Shown: positions 10,065 to 19,951 of the stretch, piece by piece
Layout of the letters: each line of letters opens with the position of its first letter
Position numbering within the stretch: the stretch's first letter is position 1
DNA from: Anaeromyxobacteraceae bacterium
Lineage (GTDB): Bacteria > Myxococcota > Myxococcia > Myxococcales > Anaeromyxobacteraceae
NCBI GenBank assembly: GCA_032654565.1
Contig: JAULAX010000017.1
Span: 96,001 to 160,000 of the forward strand
Direction of reading: 5' to 3'
DNA length: 64,000 nt
Notes under the pieces: model-generated
Database searches by the model: none
The model's input: the letters and a program-made list of their open reading frames with translations, nothing else
Told to the model about the DNA's origin: nothing
Made by a program: the position numbers and the translations under genes

Positions 10065-10079
10065 CGCCGTCCCTCCACT

Positions 10080-12299
10080 ATGACGGAAACGCCCTCCACC
10101 GCCGCACGGCCGGCCCCCGGCGCCGGGCGCACCGGCTTCGCCGCCCCCGAGACCCGGCTCCTCGACCTCCCCGGGGCGCTGGCGCTGGAGCTGGGCGGCA
10201 CGCTCCCCGGCGTGCGGGTGGCCTACCGGACCTGGGGCACGCTCGACGCCGACGGCGCCAACGCCGTGATCATCTGCCACGCCCTGACCGGCTCGGCCGA
10301 CGCCGACCGCTGGTGGACCCGCATGTTCGGGCCGGGGCGGGCGCTCGACCCGGCGCGCGACTTCGTCATCTGCTCCAACATCCTCGGCAGCTGCTACGGC
10401 ACCACCGGCCCGGCCGACCTCGACCCGGCCACCGGCCGCCCCTGGCACGGCGCCTTCCCGGCCATCACCGTGCGCGACATGGTGGAGGTCCAGCGCCAGC
10501 TGGCGGTGGCGCTCGGGGTGAAGCGGATCAAGCTGGTGATCGGCGGCTCGCTGGGGGGGATGCAGGTGCTGGAGTGGGGGCTGATGTTCCCCGAGCTGGT
10601 GGAGGCCCAGGTCTTCATCGCCTCCACGGCGCGCCACTCGGCCTGGGCCATCGGGCTGGGGGAGGCGCAGCGGCAGGCCATCTTCGCCGACCCGCGCTGG
10701 CGCGGCGGCGACTACGACGAGGCCGATCCGCCCACCGCCGGCCTGGCCGCGGCCCGCATGATGGCCATGCTCTCCTACCGGAGCTTCCCATCCTACGAGG
10801 AGCGCTTCGGTCGGCGGGTGCAGTCGGCCGACCAGTTCGCCATCGAGAGCTACCTGCACCACCAGGGGCGGGCCCTGGTCGATCGCTTCGATCCGGCCAG
10901 CTACGTGACGCTGACCCGCGCCATGGACACCCACGACGTCGGCCGCGGGCGCGGCGACTTCGACGAGGTGCTGCGCGGGGTGCGGCCGCGCACCCTGGTG
11001 GTGGCCATCGACTCCGACATCCTCTACTGGCCCGCCGAGCAGCGCGAGGTGGCCCGGCTGGTGCCGGGGGCGCGGCTGGCGGTGATGGACTCGGTGCACG
11101 GCCACGACGCCTTCCTCATCGACGTCGACCGGCTCTCCGACCTGGTGGCCGAGTTCCGCGGCCGCACCGCCCAGGCGGCCGGCGGCGACGCCGTGGAGCG
11201 GGCCTACGCCGGCACCGGCCTGTCGCTGCTGGTGCTCGGCAAGGGCAAGGTGGGGAGCGCGCTGCTCGACCAGCTGGCCGCGCAGCGGAGCGCGCTGGAG
11301 GCCGACCACGACCTGGTGCTGCGGCTGGCCGGCGTCGCCGACACCCGGACCACGCTCTTCGACGAGGCCGGGGTCGACCTGTCGGCGTGGCGGGAGCGGC
11401 TGGCGGCCACCCCGGACGCCGGGCCCTTCGACGCCGCCCGGGCCCCGGCGCTGCTCGACCGGCTGGCGCGGCTGCCCCACCCGGTGCTGGTGGACCTCAC
11501 CGCCGCCGCCGGCATGGAGGAGATCTACCAGCAGGCCTTCCGGCGCGGCATCGACGTCATCGGGGCCAACAAGCTGCCGCTGGCCGCCGCCGGAAAGGTG
11601 GCGCGCGAGCTGCGCGAGCTCCGCCGGCAGCACCACCGGACCTTCGCGCACGACTCCGCGGTGGGGGCCAGCCTCCCGGTGCTCGACACCCTGCGCAAGC
11701 TGGTGCAGGCGGGCGACAGGATCGTGCGCATCGAGGGGATGCTCTCCGGCACCCTCGGCTACCTCGCCAGCGAGGTGCAGAAGGGGGTGGCGCTCTCCAT
11801 GGCGCTGCGCTGGGCGGTCGGGCTCGGTCACACCGAGGCCGACGCCCGCGACGACCTCTCCGGCCTCGACTCGGCGCGCAAGGCGCTCATCCTGGCCCGC
11901 GAGGCCGGGCTGGACGCCGAGCTCTCCGACGTGGTGGTGGTGCCGTTCCTGCCGCCGGCGCTGCTGGAGCCGGTGGAGCTGATCGCCTCCCTGCGCCGCC
12001 ACGACGCGGTGATGGCCGCCGAGGTGGAGCGGCTGCGCGTGGACGGGAAGGTGCTGCGCTACCTCGTCAGCATCGAGCCGGCGCCGGGCGGCCGGGCCTC
12101 GATCCGGGTCGGTCCGGCGGCGGTCGACGCCCATCACCCGGCGGCGCGGCTGGTCGGCGTCGAGGCCTTCGTGGCCTTCACCACGGCGCGCCACGCCGAT
12201 CGCCCGCTGCTGGTGCAGGGGACGGGGGTGGGCGGGGCGCTCACCGCCGGCGGCGTGCTGGCCGAGCTGATCCGGCTGCGAGGCCAGGGCGAAGGCTGA
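10080..12299 (+). CDS. metX: Homoserine O-acyltransferase (MetX) fused to homoserine dehydrogenase
   Basis: 'CHALTG', 'GGSLGGMQ' and 'HGHDAFL', followed in frame by 'LGKGKVG', 'ANK', 'SGTLGY' and 'DDLSGLDSARK'. Confidence 0.9.
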   Translation: MTETPSTAARPAPGAGRTGFAAPETRLLDLPGALALELGGTLPGVRVAYRTWGTLDADGANAVIICHALTGSADADRWWTRMFGPGRALDPARDFVICSNILGSCYGTTGPADLDPATGRPWHGAFPAITVRDMVEVQRQLAVALGVKRIKLVIGGSLGGMQVLEWGLMFPELVEAQVFIASTARHSAWAIGLGEAQRQAIFADPRWRGGDYDEADPPTAGLAAARMMAMLSYRSFPSYEERFGRRVQSADQFAIESYLHHQGRALVDRFDPASYVTLTRAMDTHDVGRGRGDFDEVLRGVRPRTLVVAIDSDILYWPAEQREVARLVPGARLAVMDSVHGHDAFLIDVDRLSDLVAEFRGRTAQAAGGDAVERAYAGTGLSLLVLGKGKVGSALLDQLAAQRSALEADHDLVLRLAGVADTRTTLFDEAGVDLSAWRERLAATPDAGPFDAARAPALLDRLARLPHPVLVDLTAAAGMEEIYQQAFRRGIDVIGANKLPLAAAGKVARELRELRRQHHRTFAHDSAVGASLPVLDTLRKLVQAGDRIVRIEGMLSGTLGYLASEVQKGVALSMALRWAVGLGHTEADARDDLSGLDSARKALILAREAGLDAELSDVVVVPFLPPALLEPVELIASLRRHDAVMAAEVERLRVDGKVLRYLVSIEPAPGGRASIRVGPAAVDAHHPAARLVGVEAFVAFTTARHADRPLLVQGTGVGGALTAGGVLAELIRLRGQGEG

Positions 12300-12300
12300 G

Positions 12301-12460
12301 AGGCTGTGAAGAAGTCCCCTCCCGTCGCCAGATCGGCCGATCCGCAGCGCATCGCGGCGTTGCGCCTCCCTCAGATACAGCTGAGGTATCTTCGGTCGGC
12401 GCGTCTGGCGCTGCGTGCGTCTCGACCGCCCGGCTCGGTCCGGGAATTTCCTCACAGGCT
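12301..12460. mobile_element. MITE-like element, 160 bp
   Basis: Imperfect terminal inverted repeats AGGCTGTGAAGAAGTCCC and GGGAATTTCCTCACAGGCT. CTGAG direct repeats flank it at 12296-12300 and 12461-12465. Internal hairpin present. Confidence 0.6.
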
Positions 12461-12658
12461 CTGAGCGTGCCCGGCCGGGAGGTGACGGGCCAGTGGGTGC
12501 GCTGCTCCAGGGACCAGGGGCGGAGCCCACGGGTGGCGGGTTCCCGGGCCAGGTGAGGGTCTCCTCATCCCCCCCCGCGTGGCGCGCCGTGGCCGGTGTG
12601 GCACCCCGGAGAGGTCCATCACCTTGCCCCGCGCCCCGTCTCGCCATAAACCCCTCTG

Positions 12659-13636
12659 ATGACCGAGCCCGCCAAGGGGACCAGGCCGGGCCGCAACGAT
12701 CTCTGCTGGTGCGGCAACGGACAGAAGTACAAGAAGTGCCACCTGGCCTCGGATGAGGCCGGCCGCACCGTGCCGGTGGCGCGCCCGCGGCGCCCGGCGC
12801 TGGTGGCGGGGCGGGTCACCCCGGCCCGCGCCGTCCCCGCCGGCATCCCCCGCCCCGACTACGCCCTGACCGGCCGGCCCAAGGGGCAGGGGCGCGACGT
12901 CAAGTCGGCCGACGAGCTGGCCCGGCTGCGGCGGGCCTGCCAGGCGGCGGCCCGGGTGCTGCGCCTCGGCGGCGAGGCGGTGCGGGTGGGCGTCACCACC
13001 GACGCCCTCGACGCCCTCTGCCACGACGAGATGATCCGGCTGGGCGGGTACCCCTCGCCGCTCAACTACCGCGGCTTCCCCAAGTCGATCTGCACCTCGC
13101 CCAACGAGGTGATCTGCCACGGCATCCCCGACAGCCGGCCGCTGGCCGACGGCGACATCGTCAACCTCGACATCACCATCTGGCTCGACGGCATGCACGG
13201 CGACTGCTCCGCCACCTTCCTGGTCGGCGAGGTGGACGAGGCGGGGAAGCGGCTGGTGCGGGTGGCGCGCGAGTGCCTGGCGCGCGGCATCTCAGCGGTG
13301 AAGCCGGGGCGGGCCATCTCCGAGATCGGCCGGGCCATCGAGCCGCACGCCGCCGCCTCCGGGTTCGGCGTGGTCCGCTCCTACTGCGGCCACGGCATCG
13401 GCGAGACCTTCCACACCTCGCTCCAGGTCCCGCACCACCTCGACCCGCGCGCCAACCAGGTGATGGTGCCGGGCATGACCTTCACCATCGAGCCGATGAT
13501 CACCGAGGGGCACTGGGACGACGCCCTCTGGGACGACGGCTGGACGGCGGTCACCGCCGACGGGCTGCGCTCGGCCCAGTTCGAGCACACCCTGGTGGTC
13601 ACCGCCGACGGCGCCGAGATCCTCACCACCGAGTAG
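12659..13636 (+). CDS. map: Methionine aminopeptidase type I with N-terminal SEC-C motif
   Basis: 'GRNDLCWCGNGQKYKKCH', 'ICHGIPD', 'GHGIG', 'FTIEPMI', 'SAQFEHT'. Confidence 0.95.
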   Translation: MTEPAKGTRPGRNDLCWCGNGQKYKKCHLASDEAGRTVPVARPRRPALVAGRVTPARAVPAGIPRPDYALTGRPKGQGRDVKSADELARLRRACQAAARVLRLGGEAVRVGVTTDALDALCHDEMIRLGGYPSPLNYRGFPKSICTSPNEVICHGIPDSRPLADGDIVNLDITIWLDGMHGDCSATFLVGEVDEAGKRLVRVARECLARGISAVKPGRAISEIGRAIEPHAAASGFGVVRSYCGHGIGETFHTSLQVPHHLDPRANQVMVPGMTFTIEPMITEGHWDDALWDDGWTAVTADGLRSAQFEHTLVVTADGAEILTTE

Positions 13637-13651
13637 CCGGAGAGACCCGCC

Positions 13652-16294
13652 ATGCCCCCGACCTCCGACGCCGCCTTCCGGCTCCCGCTCGACGTCCGCC
13701 CGCTCCGCTACCAGGCCCTGCTCTCGGTCGACGTCGAGGGGCGCCGCTTCCACGGCGAGCTGACCCTCTCGCTCCGGCTGGGGAGGGCCGTGGACGAGCT
13801 GGTGCTCCACGCCGTCGGGCTCGAGGTGACGCGCGCCGAGGCCAGGGCCGGGGACGTCGGCGCAGGCGCAGGCGCTGGCGCTGGCGCGGCTGCAGGCGGC
13901 GGGTCCGGCGGGTCCGGCAGTGCTCCCGGGAGCAGCGAGACCGTGCAGCGGGCCACCGTGACCGTGGTGGCGGCGAGCGAGACGGTGCGGCTCGGCTTCG
14001 CCAGGGCGCTGCCGGCTGGAGAGGTGACGGTGCGGCTGGCCTGGACCGGCCGCTTCTGCGACGGGCTGCGCGGCCTCTACCTGGCCGGGCCGGGGCTGGC
14101 GGCGACCCAGTTCGAGGCGGCCGACGCCCGGCGGGTCTTCCCCTGCCTCGACGAGCCGGGCTTCAAGGCCCCGTGGCGGCTCACCGTGGAGGCGCCGGCC
14201 GGCGCCGTGGTGCTGGGCAACGGCGCGGTCGAGGCGGTGGAGCCGGTGGGCGATCGGGTCCGTCACCGCTTCGCCGAGACCCCGCCGCTCCCCACCTACC
14301 TGGTCGCGCTGGTGGTCGGGCCGCTGGCCTCGGGGCCGGCCGAGGTGGTGCGCGGGGTGACCTCGCGGACCTGGGCCAGCCCGGAGAAGGCGGCGCTGCT
14401 CGGCTTCGGCCAGGAGGCGGCGCGGGCGGCGCTGCCGCGGCTGGAGGACTACTTCGGCCTGCCCTACGCCTTCGGCAAGCTCGACCAGGTCGGCCTGCCG
14501 GAGTTCGAGGCCGGGGCCATGGAGAACGCCGGCCTGATCACCTACCGCGAGGTGGCGCTGCTGCTCGACCCGGCCACCGCCTCGCTGGCGCAGCGCAAGC
14601 GGGTGGCCGAGGTGGTGACGCACGAGCTGGCCCACCAGTGGTTCGGCAACCTGGTGACCATGACCTGGTGGGACGACCTCTGGCTCAACGAGGCCTTCGC
14701 CACCTGGATCGCCTACCTGGTGGTGGATGACTGGAGGCCGGAGTGGCGGGTCTGGCTGGAGTTCGACCACGGCAAGGCGTCGGCGCTGGGGCTCGACGCG
14801 CTCCGCTCGACCCACCCGGTCCACGCCCCGGTGCGGACCGTGGCGGAGGCCACCGAGGCCTTCGACCTCATCACCTACGAGAAGGGCGGGGCGGTCCTGC
14901 GGATGCTGGAGGGCTACCTGGGGCGCGACGTCTTCCGCGACGGCATCCGGCGCTACATGCGCCGGCACGCCCGGGGCAACGCCGTGGCCGCGGATCTCTG
15001 GCGTGCCCTCGGCGAGGCCTCGGGCCAGCCGGTGATGGAGCTGGCCGAGGCCTGGATCGACGCGCCGGGCTTCCCGCTGGTGACGGTGACGGCCGACGGC
15101 GCCACGCTGCGGCTCTCCCAGCGCCGCTTCTTCTCCCGGCCCGGCGACGCCGAGCCGGCGGCGCGCTGGCCGGTGCCCATGGTGCTGCGCTACGCGGTGG
15201 CCGGGGTGGAGCACCAGCGGCGGCTGGTGCTGCGCGAGCCGGCCGAGGCGGTGACGCTGGAGGGAGCGCCGGACTGGGTGGTGGCCAACGCCGGCGGGAC
15301 CGGTTTCTACCGGGTGGCGCTCGACGCGCCGCTGCGGGGACGGCTGGCGGCTTGCCTCGCGGCGCTGGCGCCGGTGGAGCGGGTCGGGCTGCTGGCCGAC
15401 GAGTGGGCGCTGGTGCGGAGCGGAGAGCGGTCGATCGAGGCCTGGCTGGCGCTGGCGCTGGCCTTCGAGGGGGAGACCGACCACGCCGTGCTCGACGAGC
15501 TGGTGCTGCGCCTCTCGACCATCGACCACCGCCTGGTGTCGGCCGACGACCGGCCGCGCTTCGCGGCGCTGGTGCGGGAGCGGTACGGCGCCGCCTGGCG
15601 CGCTTCAGGGTGGGAGCCGGCGGCCGGGGAGGGTGACGTGGACCGGCTGCGGCGGGCGGCGCTGCTGCGGGCGGTGGGGGTGCTGGGGCGGGAGCCGGCG
15701 ACCATCGCCGAGGCGGCGGCTCGCCTGACCCGGTTCGCCGGCGGCGACGCCGGGGCGCTGGACGCCAACCTGGTCGACGCCGCGGTGACCCTGGCGGCGC
15801 GGGGCGGCGACGCCAACCGCTGGGCGCAGTTCAAGGGGCGCTTCGAGCAGGAGGTGGAGCCGGCCTGGCGGCGGCGCTGGCTGCTGGGGCTGGCGGCCTT
15901 CGAGGAGCGCGAGCTGGTGGAGCGGTCGATGGGGCTGCTCTTCGGCGAGGGGGTGCCGCTGCAGGACTGGGCCTCGTTCGCGGCGGCGCTGCTCACCAAC
16001 CCGGTGGCGCGCGGGCCGGTGTGGGAGCGGCTGCGGGCCGAGTGGCCGGCGGTGACGGCGCGGCTGGCCAACGCGCCGATGCTCTGGCGGAGGGTGGTGG
16101 AGGCGGTGGGGCTCCTGACCACCCGGGAGGAGCTGGGGGAGGCGCAGGCCTTCTTCGCGGCGAATCCCGTGGAGCCGGTCAAGGCGGCGGTGGCGCAGAC
16201 CCTGGAGCGGCTGGCCGAGGAGGTCGAGCTGGCGGATCGAGCGCGGCCAGTGCTCGCCAATCTGCTGGACCCGTCCGAGAGTAAGGGCCCCTAG
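13652..16294 (+). CDS. M1-family aminopeptidase with ERAP1-like C-terminal domain
   Basis: GAMEN and 'HELAHQWFGN...WLNEAFA' (HExxH-x18-E). Confidence 0.95.
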   Translation: MPPTSDAAFRLPLDVRPLRYQALLSVDVEGRRFHGELTLSLRLGRAVDELVLHAVGLEVTRAEARAGDVGAGAGAGAGAAAGGGSGGSGSAPGSSETVQRATVTVVAASETVRLGFARALPAGEVTVRLAWTGRFCDGLRGLYLAGPGLAATQFEAADARRVFPCLDEPGFKAPWRLTVEAPAGAVVLGNGAVEAVEPVGDRVRHRFAETPPLPTYLVALVVGPLASGPAEVVRGVTSRTWASPEKAALLGFGQEAARAALPRLEDYFGLPYAFGKLDQVGLPEFEAGAMENAGLITYREVALLLDPATASLAQRKRVAEVVTHELAHQWFGNLVTMTWWDDLWLNEAFATWIAYLVVDDWRPEWRVWLEFDHGKASALGLDALRSTHPVHAPVRTVAEATEAFDLITYEKGGAVLRMLEGYLGRDVFRDGIRRYMRRHARGNAVAADLWRALGEASGQPVMELAEAWIDAPGFPLVTVTADGATLRLSQRRFFSRPGDAEPAARWPVPMVLRYAVAGVEHQRRLVLREPAEAVTLEGAPDWVVANAGGTGFYRVALDAPLRGRLAACLAALAPVERVGLLADEWALVRSGERSIEAWLALALAFEGETDHAVLDELVLRLSTIDHRLVSADDRPRFAALVRERYGAAWRASGWEPAAGEGDVDRLRRAALLRAVGVLGREPATIAEAAARLTRFAGGDAGALDANLVDAAVTLAARGGDANRWAQFKGRFEQEVEPAWRRRWLLGLAAFEERELVERSMGLLFGEGVPLQDWASFAAALLTNPVARGPVWERLRAEWPAVTARLANAPMLWRRVVEAVGLLTTREELGEAQAFFAANPVEPVKAAVAQTLERLAEEVELADRARPVLANLLDPSESKGP

Positions 16295-16310
16295 AGAGTA
16301 AGGGCCCCTA
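16277..16310. repeat. 17-bp tandem duplication spanning the stop codon
   Basis: GAGAGTAAGGGCCCCTA x2. Confidence 0.85.
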
Positions 16311-16546
16311 GACAAATGCGATTGGGCCTCCAAGGAGATCTGGACAGCGGTCGCAGGGGGGGGGCGCTCTCCCATATCGGGACGTCCGGCACCTCTTGGG
16401 CCCGGACTCGCCGTCTGAAGGCTCGAATTCATCCTGGTTCGGAGGGAATGACCCGAGCGCGGAGTAGGCCCCAGCCTCTCCCGGCGGATCCAAGAGCGCC
16501 CCGGGTCCGTCGATGGAAGTCGCGAGGCGCTGCCCCTTGCCCGGGA

Positions 16547-17431
16547 CTACCCGGCGCCGGCGCAGGCGACACCGCAGGCGACCCGCATCAGGTAGGTGCC
16601 GGCAGGGAAGACGGCGCTCCTGTTGCCGGCGCGCCACTGGTGCAACGCCGCCCGGTAGTCGGCGAGGAAGCCCACCAGCCTGCCCAGCGCCTCGATCCGC
16701 TTCCACCTGTCGCGCGCCGCCACCCTCGGGTTGAGCTGGCCGAGCGGCTGCGGCTCCCTGGCTCGGGCGGTGGTCTTCTGCGCCAGCACCCTGGCCACGC
16801 CGAGGAAGGTGCCGACCTTCTTCACCGCCACGGCCTCCCGCTCTGCGAGCGCGGCGGAAAGCCGGTCCCGGAACGCGGCGGCGGTGGGAAACCCGGGCGG
16901 GGTGGTGAGCGTGAGGGTCGCCGACTCGGGCATGGTCCCCTTCTGGTCGAAGAAGTGGGTGGGGCGCTTCACCTGGCGCCCGGTTGCTCCCACCTCGTCA
17001 GGCGATGACCAGAGCCCCGGCCAGCGACGGGCCGACCGGACCAGCCCGGCCGCCACCGGGTTGGCCAGGGTGTAGGCGGCCTTGTCGACGACGGCCTGCG
17101 GGCTGGCCAGCTCGACGGCGCTGTAGCTGTCGGGGCCCCAGAAGTCCTCGCGACGACCGAGCAGGGCGTTGAGGGCCCGGCCGGCGAGGCCGTCGAGGAA
17201 GAGGTGGAACAGCGGGAGGCGGGCGTGGGGGTCGGTCACCACCAGGTGGTAGTGGTTCGACATGACGCAGTAGGCGTGGACCTCGATGCCGTAGCGCTCG
17301 GCGGCGACCGCGAGGAGGTAGAGGAAGACCTGGCTGGCCGGCCTGGAGGGGCGAAGGAGGAACTGGCGCTGGGTGCAGCGGCGGGTGACGAGGTAGGTGG
17401 TGCCGGGGAGGACCTGTCGGGGGGCGGTCAT
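16547..17431 (-). mobile_element. REP-associated (RAYT-like) Y1 HUH tyrosine transposase
   Basis: 'TYLVTRRCTQRQFLL', 'YCVMSNHYHLVV' (HUH), 'AYTLANPVAAGLV', 'WPG'. Confidence 0.85.
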
Positions 17432-17443
17432 GCCTCTGGGTAA

Positions 17444-17459
17444 GGCAGGCCCCGTGCCA
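17444..17459 (-). promoter_or_regulatory. Putative sigma54 promoter of the transposase
   Basis: The minus strand reads TGGCACGGGGCCTGCC (GG-N10-GC) and ends 12 nt before the ATG. Confidence 0.5.
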
Positions 17460-17640
17460 CCGGAGCCCCGCATTCCCTTTGGGCTTTCCTCAGCCGTCAC
17501 CGGCCGTTCCGCGGACCCCCGGCCGTCCCGCGGTACTCTCGGTCGGGACCGGCGGGTCGAGCGCGGGGACGCGGCGCCTGCCTCGAGCGGGAACCCGGGC
17601 GCCGGGGAGGGCGGCCGCTGCACCACGCCGCAGCGGACCG

Positions 17641-18672
17641 TCACGGGCCCCAGTCCAGCAGGACCTTCCCCGACTGGCCGCTCCGCATGGCGTCGAAGCC
17701 CTGCTGGAACTGGTCGATGTGGAAGCGGTGGGTGACCACGGCGGAGAGGTCGAGCCCGCTCTGCAGCATGGCCACCATCTTGTACCAGGTCTCGAACATC
17801 TCCCGGCCGTAGATGCCCTTCAAGAAGAGCCCCTTGAAGACCACCTGGCTCCAGTCGATGGCCTCCTCGCCGGGCATGATCCCCAGCAGCGCCACCTTGC
17901 CGCCGTGGTTCATCACCTCCAGCAGCTGGCGGAAGGCCCGGCCGTTGCCGCTCATCTCCAGCCCGACGTCGAAGCCCTCCTTCATCCCCAGCTCCTCCAT
18001 CACCGCCCGCAGCTCCTCGCGCGCCACGTTGACCACCCGCGTCGCCCCCACCTTCTCCGCCAGCGCCAGCCGGTAGTCGTTGACGTCGGTCACCACCACG
18101 TGGCGCGCCCCGACGTGGCGGGCGATGGCCGCCGCCATCACGCCGATCGGGCCGGCCCCGGTGATGAGCACGTCCTCGCCGACCAGGTCGAAGGAGAGGG
18201 CGGTGTGGGCGGCGTTGCCGTACGGGTCGAAGATGGCGGCCAGGTCGTCGGGGACGTCGTCCGGGATCCGGTAGACGTTGACCGCCGGCAGGCTGAGCAG
18301 CTCGGCGAACGAGCCGGGCCGGTTGACCCCGACGCCGACGGTGTGGCGGCAGAGGTGGCGCCGCCCCGCCCGGCAGTTGCGGCAGAAGCCGCAGGTCAGG
18401 TGCCCCTCGCCGCTGACCCGGTCGCCCGGCTTGAAGGCCTCGACCTCGGTGCCCACCCGCTCCACCACGCCGACGTACTCGTGGCCGACGATCATCGGCA
18501 CCGGGATGGTCTTCTGGCTCCACTCGTCCCAGTTGTAGATGTGGACGTCGGTGCCGCAGATGGCGCTCTTGCGGACGCGGATGAGCACGTCGTGCACGCC
18601 CACCTCCGGCTCCGGCGCGTCCCGGACCATCCAGATCCCCTCCTGCCGCTGCGACTTGACCAGCGCCTTCAT
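17641..18672 (-). CDS. tdh: L-threonine 3-dehydrogenase
   Basis: '[14 protein letters not shown]', 'GHEY', 'CGFCRNC', '[14 protein letters not shown]'. Confidence 0.97.
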   Translation of the reverse strand: MKALVKSQRQEGIWMVRDAPEPEVGVHDVLIRVRKSAICGTDVHIYNWDEWSQKTIPVPMIVGHEYVGVVERVGTEVEAFKPGDRVSGEGHLTCGFCRNCRAGRRHLCRHTVGVGVNRPGSFAELLSLPAVNVYRIPDDVPDDLAAIFDPYGNAAHTALSFDLVGEDVLITGAGPIGVMAAAIARHVGARHVVVTDVNDYRLALAEKVGATRVVNVAREELRAVMEELGMKEGFDVGLEMSGNGRAFRQLLEVMNHGGKVALLGIMPGEEAIDWSQVVFKGLFLKGIYGREMFETWYKMVAMLQSGLDLSAVVTHRFHIDQFQQGFDAMRSGQSGKVLLDWGP

Positions 18673-19871
18673 GGCGACTCCGTGATGACGCCGAGCGCCC
18701 GGCCGACCCGGGCGAACGCGGCGAGGGCGAGGTCGAGATCCTCGCGGGTGTGGGCGGCGCTCATCTGGGTGCGGATGCGAGCCTGCCCTCTCGGCACCAC
18801 CGGGAAGAAGAAGCCGACCGCGTAGACCCCCTCGTCGAGCAGGCGCCTGGCGAACTCCTGCGCCAGCTTCGCCTCGCCCAGCATCACCGGGATGATGGGG
18901 TGCTCGCCCGGAAGCAGGGTGAAGCCGAGCGCCGTCAGGCCGGACCGGAACCAGGCGGCGTTCTCCCGCAGCTTCCGGCGCAGGCCGTCGCCCTGCTCCA
19001 GCAGGTCGAGCACGTGCAGGCTGACCCCGGCGATGACCGGCGGCAGGGTGTTGGAGAAGAGGTAGGGGCGGGCCTTCTGGCGCAGCCACCCCACCATGGC
19101 CCGGGAGCCGGCCACGTAGCCGCCGGCGGCCCCGCCCAGCGCCTTGCCGAGCGTGCCGGTGACCAGATCGACCCGCCCCATCACGTCGTGGTGCTCGTGC
19201 GTGCCGCGCCCGCGCGCCCCCATGAAGCCGACGGCGTGGCTGTCGTCCACCATCACCAGCGCCCCGTGCCGCTCGGCCAGGTCGCAGATGGCCGGCAGCC
19301 TGGCCAGGGTGCCGTCCATGCTGAAGACCCCGTCGGTGACCACCAGCGTGAAGCGGGCCCCGGCGGCCTCGGCCGCGGCCAGCTGCGCCGCCAGGTCGGC
19401 GAGATCGCCGTTGGCGTAGCGGAAGCGCTTCGCCTTGCAGAGCCGGATGCCGTCGATGATCGAGGCGTGGTTGAGGGCGTCGCTGACCACGGCGTCCTCC
19501 TCGCCCAGCAGCGCCTCGAAGACGCCGCCGTTGGCGTCGAAGCAGGAGGAGAAGAGGATGGCGTCCTCGAAGCCGAGGAAGGCGGCCAGCCGGGCCTCCA
19601 GCGCCTGGTGGACCTGCTGGGTGCCGCAGATGAAGCGCACCGAGGAGAGCCCGAAGCCGTGCCGCTCCAGCGCCGCCTTCCCGGCCTCCACCAGCTCGGC
19701 GCGGCCGGACAGCCCCAGGTAGTTGTTGGCGCACAGGTTGAGGACCCGCCGCCCGCCGGTCTCCACCCAGGCGCCCTGCGGCCCCTGCAGGACCCGCTCG
19801 CGCTTGACCAGGCCATCGGCCTCCAGCTGGGCAAGCTGGGCGGTGAGGTGGGCTTCGAAGCGTGGGTTCAC
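18669..19871 (-). CDS. kbl: Glycine C-acetyltransferase (2-amino-3-ketobutyrate CoA ligase)
   Basis: 'CANNYLGL', 'SVRFICGTQ', 'GTLGKALGG', '[11 protein letters not shown]'. Coupled to tdh. Confidence 0.97.
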   Translation of the reverse strand: MNPRFEAHLTAQLAQLEADGLVKRERVLQGPQGAWVETGGRRVLNLCANNYLGLSGRAELVEAGKAALERHGFGLSSVRFICGTQQVHQALEARLAAFLGFEDAILFSSCFDANGGVFEALLGEEDAVVSDALNHASIIDGIRLCKAKRFRYANGDLADLAAQLAAAEAAGARFTLVVTDGVFSMDGTLARLPAICDLAERHGALVMVDDSHAVGFMGARGRGTHEHHDVMGRVDLVTGTLGKALGGAAGGYVAGSRAMVGWLRQKARPYLFSNTLPPVIAGVSLHVLDLLEQGDGLRRKLRENAAWFRSGLTALGFTLLPGEHPIIPVMLGEAKLAQEFARRLLDEGVYAVGFFFPVVPRGQARIRTQMSAAHTREDLDLALAAFARVGRALGVITESP

Positions 19872-19951
19872 GTGGTCCTCCCGGGACGGCCTCATCCTTC
19901 TAGCGCGACGCCCTTCATTTTTCCGCCGCTCTCCTGTAATCAGCAGAAGAG

